A stretch of 64,000 bases of DNA from an uncultured Candidatus Binatia bacterium (GCA_965215605.1 OZ244070.1:2592001-2656000), one strand, 5' to 3'. Shown: positions 36,600-46,003, counted from the first letter of the stretch. Notes: a model not told the origin generated them from the sequence alone. Translations and numbers: made by a program.

Positions 36600-36953
36600 A
36601 TGCCAAAGGAAGAAAGAGAGTTCTTCGACACCAGCACCATCGACTGGAAGCCCGTTGGCGCGGGCTCGGGTGCGACCGCCGAGGGGATCACGGAGAAGAT
36701 CCTGAGCCACGACCCGGAAACGGGCGACTACGCCCGCATGGTCAACTTCTCGGCCGGCGTGGAAACCGACGAAACCATCGACCACGATTTCTGGGAAGAG
36801 GTCATCATCATCGAGGGCAGCCTCATCGATACCCGCCTCAACCAGGAGTTCACCAAGGGCATGTACGGTTGCCGTCCGCCGGGCATGCCGCACGGGCCCT
36901 ACAAGAGCCCCAACGGCTGCATCACCTTCGAACTGCGCTATTTCAAGAAGTAG
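36600..36953 (+). CDS. ChrR-like cupin domain protein
   Basis: HDFWEEV, KGMYGCRPPGMPHGPY; strong RBS GGGAGG. Confidence 0.82.
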   Translation: MPKEEREFFDTSTIDWKPVGAGSGATAEGITEKILSHDPETGDYARMVNFSAGVETDETIDHDFWEEVIIIEGSLIDTRLNQEFTKGMYGCRPPGMPHGPYKSPNGCITFELRYFKK

Positions 36954-36970
36954 GCGGCGCGAATACGGCT

Positions 36971-37133
36971 TAGTGTCCTATCCGGTTCATTCGCGCAATC
37001 AGATGCGCAGGATTTTTTGTTGTCGGCAAGGCGCGATGACGAGCAGTGGCGGTTACCACGCGAGGAAGAGCAACGCAGCCGACGGCAAAAAAGACCCGCA
37101 GATGATTCCGCGAATGAACCGGATAGGACACTA
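36971..37133. mobile_element. MITE-like hairpin element with perfect 25-bp terminal inverted repeats
   Basis: TAGTGTCCTATCCGGTTCATTCGCG (36971-36995) is the exact reverse complement of 37109-37133; inner pairing continues (T6/A6, TGTCGGC/GCCGACG). Confidence 0.75.
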
Positions 37134-37134
37134 G

Positions 37135-39402
37135 ATGCCGCAGTTCACCACCGTCGGCCGTTCCATCCGCCGCGCTGAAGGGGCGGAGAAGGTCACCGGC
37201 AAGGCCCGGTTCACGGCCGACCTGGATTTCCCCGGGCTGCTGGAGGGCAGGGTCCTCCGCAGCCCGTTTCCGCACGCCCTGATCGAAAGCATCGACGTGA
37301 GCGGCGCCGAGGCGCTTCCGGGCGTCCGCGGCGTGTTGAGCCGGGAATCCGTCAAGGACATCGATCCCTACTACGGCCACTGCCTGCGGGACCGCCCGCT
37401 CATCGCCACCGACCGCGTGCGCTACGTGGGCGAGCCGGTGGCGGCGGTGGCGGCGGAATCCGGCGGTGTCGCCGACGAGGCCCTGTCGCTGGTGCGTGTA
37501 CGCTACCGGGAGCTCCCGATGGCGGCCACTATGGACGAAGCCCTGTCGCCGGACGCTCCGGTGCTGCACGACGCCAACGCCCTGGCGGGGGAATACCACG
37601 AGATGGCGGCCGTGGAGGAGGAGGCGCCGCGCAACGTCTGCCACCACGAAAGGCTGGAGGACGGCGACATCGCCGCGGGCTTCGAGCAGGCCGATGCGGT
37701 CTTCGAGGACACCTTCGAGTTCCCGATGATCTGCCACTACTCCCTGGAGCCTCACACCGCGGTGGCTCGGTTCGAGGGAGACGAGATCGCGCTGTGGACC
37801 TCCTCCGCCCACCCGTTCCTCATCCGCGCCGAGATCGCGCAGATGTTCCGGGTGCCCATGCCCAACGTGCGGGTGACCGTGCCCTACGTGGGCGGCGCCT
37901 TCGGCGGCAAGTCCTACTTCAAGATCGAGCCCTTGGCGGTGGCGCTGGCGCGCACCGCCGGCGGGCGTCCCGTCCGGCTCGCCCAGAGCGCCTCCGAGTC
38001 CATGCTCACCATCCGGCGCCACTCGGCCCGCTGCCGCGTGAAGACCGGCGTTCTGCGGGACGGCACGGTTCTGGCGCGGGAAGCGGAGCTGCACCTGGAC
38101 ACGGGCGCCTACGCCGACAACGGCCCCCGGGTGGCCAAACGCGTGGCCACCCGCATCCACGGCCCCTACCGCATTCCCCACTACCGCATCGACGTCTACG
38201 CCGTGTACACCAACACCGCCCCCGCGGGCTCCATGCGCTCCATCGGCGGACCCCAGTCCATCTTCCCGCTGGAGTCCCACATGGACGGCGTCGCACGGGG
38301 CCTGGACCTCGACCCGCTGGCGTTCCGCCTCAAGAACCTGCTGCGCCGGGACGAGGAGTTGAAGCCCGGCGCCAAGCCCATGGACGCGGACCTGCACATG
38401 GACCTGCGCAAGCTGGCCTCCATGGTGGACTGGGACGAGAGCCAGGGTCCGCCGGCCGACAACTTGGGCATCGCCGTGGGCGTCACCGACTCCGAGGCCA
38501 TGCCGGTATCCACCGCCATCCTGCGCCTCCTGAGCGACGGCAGCGTGGTGCTCATGGCCGGCAGCACCGAGGTGGGGCAGGGGGCTCGCACAGTGCTGGG
38601 CCAGGTGGCGGCCGAGGGGCTTCGCCTCTCGCCGGAACGGATCGTGATGCGCGCCACCGACACCGACGTGACCCCATTCGACCGCTCCACCGGCGCCAGC
38701 CGCTCCACCACCGTGATGGGCACCGCGGTCAAGTTCGCCGCCGAGGACCTCGCCGAGCAGATCCGGAATGCGGCGGCCGAGGCCATGGATTGCGCTGCCG
38801 CCGACGTGACCCTGGAGGATGGCTGGGCCGAGGCCGGCGGACAACGGATGGACTTCGGCGCGGTAGTGCGGGCGTTCTTCGCCATGCCCGGAGGCGAGTT
38901 CATCGGCCGGGGCTACGTGCGCGCCGGCGGCGGCATCCCCGCGCAGTTCCCGGTGTTCTGGGAGACCGGCATGGGCGCGGCGGTAGTAGACGTGGACGAG
39001 GAAACGGGCGAGGTGCGCGTGCCCCACTACGCCAGCGTCGCCGACGTGGGCAAGGCCATCAACCGGCTTCAGGCCGAGGCCCAGGACGAGGGCGCGGCCA
39101 TGATGGGCATGGGCCACACCCTGTGCGAGAGCCTGCTGTACGAAGGCGGCCAGCCCCTCAACCCCAATCTCATCGACTACAAGGTGCCGGGATTCTCCGA
39201 CATGCCGCGCCGGTTCGAGGTGGCGCTGATGGAGAACCAGGACGGCCCCGGCCCCTGGGGCGCCAAGGGCATGGGCGAGTCCGGCATCGTCGCGGTGGCG
39301 CCCGCGGTGGTCAACGCCATCGCCCGGCTCACCGGAGTCCGCATCCGCGAACTGCCGCTTACGCCCGAGCGCGTCTGGAGGGCGCTAAAGGCCAAGGCTT
39401 GA
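37135..39402 (+). CDS. Xanthine dehydrogenase family molybdopterin-binding subunit
   Basis: EKVTGKARF, RSPFPHA, VGGAFGGK, EVGQGA, GAKGMGE. Confidence 0.9.
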   Translation: MPQFTTVGRSIRRAEGAEKVTGKARFTADLDFPGLLEGRVLRSPFPHALIESIDVSGAEALPGVRGVLSRESVKDIDPYYGHCLRDRPLIATDRVRYVGEPVAAVAAESGGVADEALSLVRVRYRELPMAATMDEALSPDAPVLHDANALAGEYHEMAAVEEEAPRNVCHHERLEDGDIAAGFEQADAVFEDTFEFPMICHYSLEPHTAVARFEGDEIALWTSSAHPFLIRAEIAQMFRVPMPNVRVTVPYVGGAFGGKSYFKIEPLAVALARTAGGRPVRLAQSASESMLTIRRHSARCRVKTGVLRDGTVLAREAELHLDTGAYADNGPRVAKRVATRIHGPYRIPHYRIDVYAVYTNTAPAGSMRSIGGPQSIFPLESHMDGVARGLDLDPLAFRLKNLLRRDEELKPGAKPMDADLHMDLRKLASMVDWDESQGPPADNLGIAVGVTDSEAMPVSTAILRLLSDGSVVLMAGSTEVGQGARTVLGQVAAEGLRLSPERIVMRATDTDVTPFDRSTGASRSTTVMGTAVKFAAEDLAEQIRNAAAEAMDCAAADVTLEDGWAEAGGQRMDFGAVVRAFFAMPGGEFIGRGYVRAGGGIPAQFPVFWETGMGAAVVDVDEETGEVRVPHYASVADVGKAINRLQAEAQDEGAAMMGMGHTLCESLLYEGGQPLNPNLIDYKVPGFSDMPRRFEVALMENQDGPGPWGAKGMGESGIVAVAPAVVNAIARLTGVRIRELPLTPERVWRALKAKA

Positions 39403-39522
39403 TGAACGATTGCCCCGCGCCACACGACGACGTGCGGCATCTTGTTGCCTTCGGCGCGTAATTGCCAGGGGCGGGCCGTGCCCGCCGTGTCACGGGCTGG
39501 CACGAAACCACAGGAGCGAGAA

Positions 39523-40530
39523 ATGAAATTCGGCATCCAGCTCAACCCCCAGGTCTCCATCGACAAGCCCCCCGAGACCCTTCTGCCCACGCTGGCGGAG
39601 CAGACCCGGGTGGCCGACGAAGCCGGCTTCGAGGCCATCACCATGGGCCAGCACTACAACATCCCGGGTTTACAGCGGCTTCACCAGGTGCCGCTCCTTG
39701 GGCGGCTCTGCGCCGAGGCGAAAAGGGCCAGCGTCGGCACCGCCACCACGCTGCTGGGTCTCCACGACCCCGTGGTCATCGCCAAGGAGCTGGCCACCAT
39801 CGACGTCATGAACGAAGGCCGCTCGGTTTTCTCCTTCGGCTTGGGCTACCGGCAGCAGGAACTGGACGCTTTCAACCTCACGAAGAAGCAACGCTTCGAC
39901 CGTTTCGTGGAAGGGGTCGAGATCGTCCAGCGGCTGTGGACCGAGGAGCACGTCTCGTTCTCCGGCAAAGCGTTCGAGTTGAAGGACGTGACTATCGGGC
40001 CGCGCCCGCTGCAGAAGCCGCGCCCGCCGGTCTGGATCGCCGCCAACGGCGACAAGGGCGTAAAGCGTGCCGCCCGCATCGGCGACGGCTGGCTGGTGGG
40101 ACCCCACTCGGCCATTGAGGAGCTGAAGGACCAGACCGCGCTGTTCCGCCAAGCCTGGGCCGACACCGGCAAACCCGGCGCCGGCGCCTTGGTCATGGTC
40201 CGCGAGTGCTTCGTCGCCCCTACCCGTGAAGACGCCGTGGCCAAGGCCCGTCCCTGCCTCGACAAGCTCTACCGCGACGTCTACGTCAAGTGGGGCCAGG
40301 ACGAAGCCATGACCAACCCCGACGAGCTCACCTGGGACTTCGACCGCCTGGCGCGCCACCGCTTCATCCTCGGCTCCCCCGAGGACTGCATCGAAGAGAT
40401 ACGCTCCTACGAGGAATCCCTCGAGCCGGACCTGTTGCTGTTGCGCTTCGACTGGACGCCGGGGCTGGAGCAGAAGGAAATCTTGGCGGCCATGGAATTG
40501 TTTGGGTCGGCGGTGCTTCCGCGGGTGTGA
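39523..40530 (+). CDS. LLM class flavin-dependent oxidoreductase
   Basis: MKFGI, GQHY, IAKELATIDVMNEGR, GLGYR, PLQKPRPPVWIA. Confidence 0.88.
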   Translation: MKFGIQLNPQVSIDKPPETLLPTLAEQTRVADEAGFEAITMGQHYNIPGLQRLHQVPLLGRLCAEAKRASVGTATTLLGLHDPVVIAKELATIDVMNEGRSVFSFGLGYRQQELDAFNLTKKQRFDRFVEGVEIVQRLWTEEHVSFSGKAFELKDVTIGPRPLQKPRPPVWIAANGDKGVKRAARIGDGWLVGPHSAIEELKDQTALFRQAWADTGKPGAGALVMVRECFVAPTREDAVAKARPCLDKLYRDVYVKWGQDEAMTNPDELTWDFDRLARHRFILGSPEDCIEEIRSYEESLEPDLLLLRFDWTPGLEQKEILAAMELFGSAVLPRV

Positions 40531-40543
40531 TTGGCGGCGTCTC

Positions 40544-40571
40544 CGTGATTCCCGCGAAAGCGGGAATCCAG
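40544..40571 (+). repeat. REP-like palindrome, family B
   Basis: CGTGATTCCCGCGAAAGCGGGAATCCAG between convergent genes. Confidence 0.8.
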
Positions 40572-40593
40572 GTGCGGACGGTCGTGTGAGGGG

Positions 40594-42270
40594 TCAGGGT
40601 CTCAGATCCTTCTCCTCGAACGGAATCGGCTTCACAACCGGCTTTACCCGGTCCCCTTCCTTCTCCACGGAAATCCAGTTGAGGCAGTTCTGGTCGTCCC
40701 GTTCGGGGTAGTCGTCGCGGGTGTGCTGGCCGCGGGATTCCTTGCGCTCCAGGGCGCAGCGCGCCACCATCTCGCCGACCCAGGACAGGTTCGAGCATTC
40801 GAGGGACTTGACGAGGTCGCGGAGGTTGTCGGCCTTGAGCCGGGGGACCTTTTCCCGGCGGATCTCCTGGAAGCGCTCCACTCCGGCGGTGAGCCCGCGC
40901 TCGTTCCGCACGACGCCGGTGCTTTCCCAGGCGGTGTTCTTTATCTCCTCGTGCAGTTCGGTGGGATCCAGTCCCTCGTCGCGTTTGAAGGCTTCGATCC
41001 TTTCGATCTCGGCGGACAACTCGCCCGGGTCCACATCATCCAGCTCCGCGTCCGCCGCGTAAATCGCCGCGTATTTCCCCGACCGGGCTCCCAGCGCGAA
41101 GGCGCTGGCGATGGCGTTGCCGGAGAGCCGGTTGGAGCCGTGGGTGCCGGTGGCGGACTCGCCTGACGCGTAGAGCCCCTCGACGCCGGGGACCTCACAG
41201 CGCTCGTTGATGTCGAGGCCCCCCAGGAAGGTGTGTAGCGCCGGCACCCATTCGAAGCGGTCGGAGCGGGCGTTGACGCCGGCCTTGCCGAGCTTGGGGG
41301 TGTACTCGAACTGGATCTCGTCATCCCATTTTTCGTCCGGGATGTAGGACGGGTCCAGGTAGACGGGGCCGCGCCCTTCGAGCATTTCCTTGTAGGTGGC
41401 GCCCACCAGGATGGCCCGGGTGGTGCCCTCCAGCCGCTCCGGATCGTATCTTTCCAGGAACCGCTCGCCCAGGGCGTTGAAGAAGCGGCCGCCCTTGCTG
41501 GTGAAGGGCGACAGGCCGGCCATGGAGATGGCCTCGCCGCCGGGCGCCGGGATCAGCGTGAACTCCAGGAACTCCAGGTTGGCCAGCGGCGCGCCGATGT
41601 CGAACGCTGCCACGTAGGCGTCGCCCGTGGTGAGGAAGTTGGCGCTGGTGTATTTCTGGATGCCGATGGCGCTGCCCGCGGCCAGCACCACGGCCCGGGC
41701 GCGGTACGCCTCGTAGGTGCCCTTCTGCACGTTGATGCCGAAGGCGCCGGCGACTCGGCCGTTCCGGCGCAGGAGCTTCGTGACCATGGTCCACTGGCGC
41801 ACCTGGACTTCGCGGTTGAAGACCTCCTTGCGGAGCGACCCCAACATGCCCACGCTGCCGCCCACCGGCGGGCAACTGCGGGCGTAGGAGCTGCCCAGGC
41901 GCTTCTCCTGGTAGAACTGCTTGCCGTCGGGGGTCTTCTTGAAGTGCAGCCCCATTTCCTCCAGCTCGATGACCCGGTCGGTGACCTCGTCGACGATGGC
42001 CCGGACGATCTTCTGGTTGGGGATGAAGTCGCCTCCAAGGATCGTGTCCTTGAAGTGCATGTCCTTGCTGTCGCGGGGGTCGGCGTGGGCGAAGGCCGCC
42101 TGGGGGACGCCGCCGGAGGTGGGGCTGGAGCCGCTGCGCCCGAGCCGTCCCTTGTCCACCAGCACCACGTCCATGTTGCGCTTGGACGCCTCCAGCGCCG
42201 CCATGCACGCCGCCAGCCCGCCGCCGATGATGAGGACGTCGCAGTCCGTGGTCTGGACGGAATCGCTCAT
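40594..42270 (-). CDS. FAD-dependent oxidoreductase, succinate dehydrogenase/fumarate reductase/AprA superfamily
   Basis: DVLIIGGGLA, HTFLGG, GLYASGE, HGSNRLSGN, RKESRGQHTRDDYP. Confidence 0.85.
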   Translation of the reverse strand: MSDSVQTTDCDVLIIGGGLAACMAALEASKRNMDVVLVDKGRLGRSGSSPTSGGVPQAAFAHADPRDSKDMHFKDTILGGDFIPNQKIVRAIVDEVTDRVIELEEMGLHFKKTPDGKQFYQEKRLGSSYARSCPPVGGSVGMLGSLRKEVFNREVQVRQWTMVTKLLRRNGRVAGAFGINVQKGTYEAYRARAVVLAAGSAIGIQKYTSANFLTTGDAYVAAFDIGAPLANLEFLEFTLIPAPGGEAISMAGLSPFTSKGGRFFNALGERFLERYDPERLEGTTRAILVGATYKEMLEGRGPVYLDPSYIPDEKWDDEIQFEYTPKLGKAGVNARSDRFEWVPALHTFLGGLDINERCEVPGVEGLYASGESATGTHGSNRLSGNAIASAFALGARSGKYAAIYAADAELDDVDPGELSAEIERIEAFKRDEGLDPTELHEEIKNTAWESTGVVRNERGLTAGVERFQEIRREKVPRLKADNLRDLVKSLECSNLSWVGEMVARCALERKESRGQHTRDDYPERDDQNCLNWISVEKEGDRVKPVVKPIPFEEKDLRP

Positions 42271-42278
42271 GCGCCGGC

Positions 42279-42500
42279 TCAGGAACCCGCGGCCGCGGGT
42301 TCCTTTTTCTTCTTGGGCCGCAGCACCACCTCGATGGCGTCTTCGGGACAGACCAACTCGCACAGGAAGCAGTTGACGCAGTACTTGTTGCCGAAGGGAA
42401 AGACCTTGTCCTTCTTGTTGGTGAAGCGGAAGACGTCGGCGCCGCAGTCGTAGACGCAGATGCCGCAGCCGTCGCATTTGTGGGGGTCGACTCGTATCAC
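42279..42500 (-). CDS. 2[4Fe-4S] ferredoxin
   Basis: CDGCGICVYDC and CVNCFLCELVCP. Confidence 0.88.
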   Translation of the reverse strand: MIRVDPHKCDGCGICVYDCGADVFRFTNKKDKVFPFGNKYCVNCFLCELVCPEDAIEVVLRPKKKKEPAAAGS

Positions 42501-42583
42501 GCTCGTGTCCCTTACACCGACGATCTATAGCCGAATCGAAGGGTCAATACCATTGAAGACACAGGAAAGAGCGGAGACGCGAC

Positions 42584-42790
42584 ATGGATAACGACGCCTA
42601 CGTCACCTACCACGGCAATACCGAGGCCGACAGGGAGATCGCGCAGCGCAGCGTGCTCTTCATCGACAACGAGACCGCGGCCCGGGTCCTCACCATGGAA
42701 AACACCATCGACGCGGTGGAGAAGTCGTACCGGGAATGGGGTTTGGGGCAGGCCACCGCGACCCGGGCGACGCACTCGGTGCCGCGGCCC
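42584..42790 (+). pseudogene. 5' fragment of ornithine cyclodeaminase/mu-crystallin family gene
   Basis: VLFIDNETAARVLTMENTIDAVEKSYREWGLGQA resembles OCD N-terminus; similarity and codon bias lost after ~42790. Confidence 0.6.
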
Positions 42791-42833
42791 CTTTTTCGGT
42801 GCGGACGAAGAACGTCTTGCGGCCAGCAAGGCG

Positions 42834-44711
42834 TCATGAAGGCGTGTCAGGAGAGGCCGAAAGGGCGACGCAGGTATTCGCAGCCGCGATGGATTCAATC
42901 TTCTGCGTGTACACGTTGGCCCCACTTGCCGTCATCAGCAGGCATTCGCGCGCGCGTGTCATCGCGACATACAGCTCGCGGGTTTCCTCGGCGACGTTTT
43001 CCCGCTCGGTCCGTAGTTTCCCCAAGCCAACGAGAATCACGCGCGAAAACTCCAACCCCTTGCTGCTCTGTTGTGTCATAAGCACCACGTGATCGGCCTG
43101 TGGATTGTAGCGCTTCTTCCTTGCAGCCTTGTCGAGCAACTGGCAGGGGATTTCTCGCTGCTCGAACTCCTGCGCCACGGCTTCGCCCATCCAGTGCGCG
43201 TCGTAAATGATCGCCACTTCCCGCCACGGCACTCCGTCGTCGTGCCACTTTGCAACGCAGTCGGCAGCGAAACGGGCTTCTTCTTCGAACGAACCCCACT
43301 GCCTGAATATCGGCATGGGGCCGTCCGCTCCCGCAGCCTGCGGCTTGACTAACGGCACTTGGTCGTCACCCGGGTTCTTCTCCTGAAGCAATTCCTTGGC
43401 GAACTCGTAGGCGACGTTGAGGATTTGGCGTGTGTTGCGGTAGTTGAGATTGAGAATCTTCGTGCGGCCGCGCGCCTGCACGCCCACGCTTGACAAGGAG
43501 AACCCCAGGCCGCTTCGACGGTAGATGGACTGGGCGTCATCGTACAATAGCAACAGCGAGTTCGTGTTCCGGTCGACCATCCAGACGACGAGTCGTAGCC
43601 AGTCTTCCTCGAAATCGTGGCTTTCGTCGATCAATAACGCGCCGTATTGCCCCCGCGGGATCTGTCCCTTCTCGACGCCGGCGATCACGCTGTCCACTTG
43701 CCGTTCCCAAACCGGCTTATCGCCTTCAGCGACGTCCACGTGATGGGTTCTCAGTTGCTCTCCGCACCAGTCGTGAAAATGGTAGACATGCACCTTGTCG
43801 GCGATGCCCTTGCTGCGCATGTGACTCCTGAGCTTCGCCGCCAGGGTGATGTTGAAACACAAGACGAGAATCGGCTTGTTGAGCAATTCCGCCAGAACCT
43901 CGGCCCGGAATTCCAGAATCAGGGTTTTCCCGGAACCCGCCACACCGTGAATGACGCGATGCCCGTCGCCGAGGCCGCGGGCCAGTTGTTCCTGATGGAT
44001 GTCCATCACCTTGACGACATCCGGGACGGACACCCGTCCGGGTGCCTTCTGTTGCGGGAAAAGCTCCAGGTTGTCGATGCGGATTTCCGGGTACAGGTGC
44101 CAGCGGATGCGGTTCAGATCGCGCAGGGTCAGCGGCTGTTTGAATCGGTACTCGAACATGCCCTGGAGGCGTTCCCGGAATTCTTCCGGGTCGGTGTCCT
44201 CCAGCATCTCGTCCCTGCAGATCAGCAGGCGGCTTGGCAGCAGCCGTTCGATTACGTCATCCGGCGCCACAGACTGGATCTGCTTGCGGGTAATGTTCGT
44301 CAATACCACGCCGTACCCATAGGGGCAAATCAACTTCCCCTTGTACTGGCCTTGTTTCTCCTTCAAATGCGGGTCGCATTGGAGCATGTCGATAGTATGC
44401 AAGGCACCTTCGCGCGCCTGTTTGACGGGATTGGCCGTGGCTTTCAAGCCGCTGTCGGTGTTCAATTGAACTGTGTCGTGGTCGATGCTGCTGATCGAGC
44501 TCAGCTTCCAGTCCTTGACTTCCAGGAACAGCAAACCGCACCGGGGATGCACGAGGATGAAATCCGGATAACGCCGCCGCTTTCCCACTGGTACGTTGTA
44601 GAAGCACAACCAGTCGTCGTCGAGCAGAGTTTCCAAGCGATGCGCCAAGCGCTGTTCGCCGGGGGTAGCTTTCGCGTTGCCCAGTCTTAAATTTGGGATG
44701 ATGATCGCCAT
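42834..44711 (-). CDS. NERD nuclease domain + superfamily 1 (UvrD-like) helicase
   Basis: PDFILVHP...LEVKDW, GVAGSGKT, LIDESHDF, DDAQSIY, NYRNT, SSKGLEF, LYVAMTRA. Confidence 0.88.
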   Translation of the reverse strand: MAIIIPNLRLGNAKATPGEQRLAHRLETLLDDDWLCFYNVPVGKRRRYPDFILVHPRCGLLFLEVKDWKLSSISSIDHDTVQLNTDSGLKATANPVKQAREGALHTIDMLQCDPHLKEKQGQYKGKLICPYGYGVVLTNITRKQIQSVAPDDVIERLLPSRLLICRDEMLEDTDPEEFRERLQGMFEYRFKQPLTLRDLNRIRWHLYPEIRIDNLELFPQQKAPGRVSVPDVVKVMDIHQEQLARGLGDGHRVIHGVAGSGKTLILEFRAEVLAELLNKPILVLCFNITLAAKLRSHMRSKGIADKVHVYHFHDWCGEQLRTHHVDVAEGDKPVWERQVDSVIAGVEKGQIPRGQYGALLIDESHDFEEDWLRLVVWMVDRNTNSLLLLYDDAQSIYRRSGLGFSLSSVGVQARGRTKILNLNYRNTRQILNVAYEFAKELLQEKNPGDDQVPLVKPQAAGADGPMPIFRQWGSFEEEARFAADCVAKWHDDGVPWREVAIIYDAHWMGEAVAQEFEQREIPCQLLDKAARKKRYNPQADHVVLMTQQSSKGLEFSRVILVGLGKLRTERENVAEETRELYVAMTRARECLLMTASGANVYTQKIESIAAANTCVALSASPDTPS

Positions 44712-44757
44712 GGAATGGAGTTACTTCGCTTTCGCGGACAGTTCAAGGCTGTCGCCA

Positions 44758-45858
44758 TCAAGAGTGCAATCGCGGAAGCTGCCATGCCGGCGAAGGACGG
44801 CCGCCTAGTTCGTTCTTTTCCCAGAGCTGTCCCAGACTGTAATCTTCCAACCAGACCTCAAGCGTTTCGTCGTCCAGTCTTCGGAGTTTCGTGGCGCCTT
44901 CAACGCGTTCGGCTACCAGTACGTCTTCGGGCTCGAAGTGATCCAGCAGTATGGGGGACTGCGTCGCGACAATGATCTGTGACTCGATGGACGCTTGTTT
45001 CAAGAATGACGCCACCAGGGTGATCGCATATGGATGCAGTCCAAGCTCCGGTTCGTCCAAGAGTACGACAGAGGGTCGTAGTGATGATGGCTGGAGCAGA
45101 AGCGTGGCTAAGGCAATGAACCGGAGCGACCCGTCGGACAGCGATGAGGCGTCGAAGTATGCATCCGAGCCTACGTGCCGCCATTCAAGACGTATATTGT
45201 CTTCGTTCAAGGCCAGAGGCTCGAGTGCGAAATCATCGAAAAATGGAGCCGTCAGTCGGATGGTGCGACGGATTTGAATGTAGGAGCTTTCGTGTCTCTT
45301 CTTCAGGAAATACAGGAATGCAGCAAGATTTGAGCCATCCGGGCGCAGATGACGATTGTCGTGTATGTCGGCCGTCCTCTTCATTGGAGATGCAGAACCT
45401 GTATCGTGGAAGTGGTACAGCCGCCAGCTCTCCACCCTGTCCCTGGTGAATTCAAGAGCCGGCACAACGCCAGGCTGTGGTTCGAGGTCTCTGACGAAAT
45501 CCGGTGGGAGTTCGGTTGCGGCCATCGATATTCGCGGAAATAACTGATCGTCAGCGCCGTGAGGCATCTCGACACTGAAATCCGCCAACTCGTCAGCGAA
45601 CCGGACATCGTACCTTATGGTTCGTGTCGTCTTCGACCCGAAGTGTAGGAGACGGTCAGCCCCACCGGAGCGGCGGATATGGTCCGCCGTCTGAGATGCA
45701 CTCAGAATGGCCGTTCGCAAGAGCTTGAGGGCGTCGAGAAAGTTGGACTTGCCTGATCCATTGGCGCCAATCAGGACATTCAGCGGCCGTAACTCCAATT
45801 CTCGCAGTTCGGCTATGCTCCTGAAGCCTTGAATCGTGATTGTGCGGATTGCTGCCAT
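44758..45858 (-). CDS. AAA_21/SMC-like ABC ATPase (COG4637-like)
   Basis: IQGFRSI, GANGSGKSN, DGSNLA, LSDGSLR, LLDEPELGLHP, ATQSP, LGQLWEKNELGGRP. Confidence 0.88.
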   Translation of the reverse strand: MAAIRTITIQGFRSIAELRELELRPLNVLIGANGSGKSNFLDALKLLRTAILSASQTADHIRRSGGADRLLHFGSKTTRTIRYDVRFADELADFSVEMPHGADDQLFPRISMAATELPPDFVRDLEPQPGVVPALEFTRDRVESWRLYHFHDTGSASPMKRTADIHDNRHLRPDGSNLAAFLYFLKKRHESSYIQIRRTIRLTAPFFDDFALEPLALNEDNIRLEWRHVGSDAYFDASSLSDGSLRFIALATLLLQPSSLRPSVVLLDEPELGLHPYAITLVASFLKQASIESQIIVATQSPILLDHFEPEDVLVAERVEGATKLRRLDDETLEVWLEDYSLGQLWEKNELGGRPSPAWQLPRLHS

Positions 45859-46003
45859 GATTCTCTTTACGTGGGCGACCGAGGTCAACTCGACGCATCG
45901 AATCATTTTCCGAACACCAAGATGCCACGTTGCCGCGCCGGCAGCAAATTGGTGAGCGGCCAAGCACATTACTGGGGTCGCCGCGAACGGCGGCGAGGGC
46001 TCT

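Noticed and set aside
40594-42270. sdhA/frdA or aprA gene symbol
   Set aside because: Lacks covalent-FAD His motif, SdhB and anchors; no sulfur-metabolism context; the 69-aa ORF-track extension overlaps the ferredoxin gene
42790-46003. Target-site duplication or inverted repeats bounding the helicase-ATPase segment
   Set aside because: No convincing direct or inverted repeat found by eye at either junction, so it is not called a mobile element
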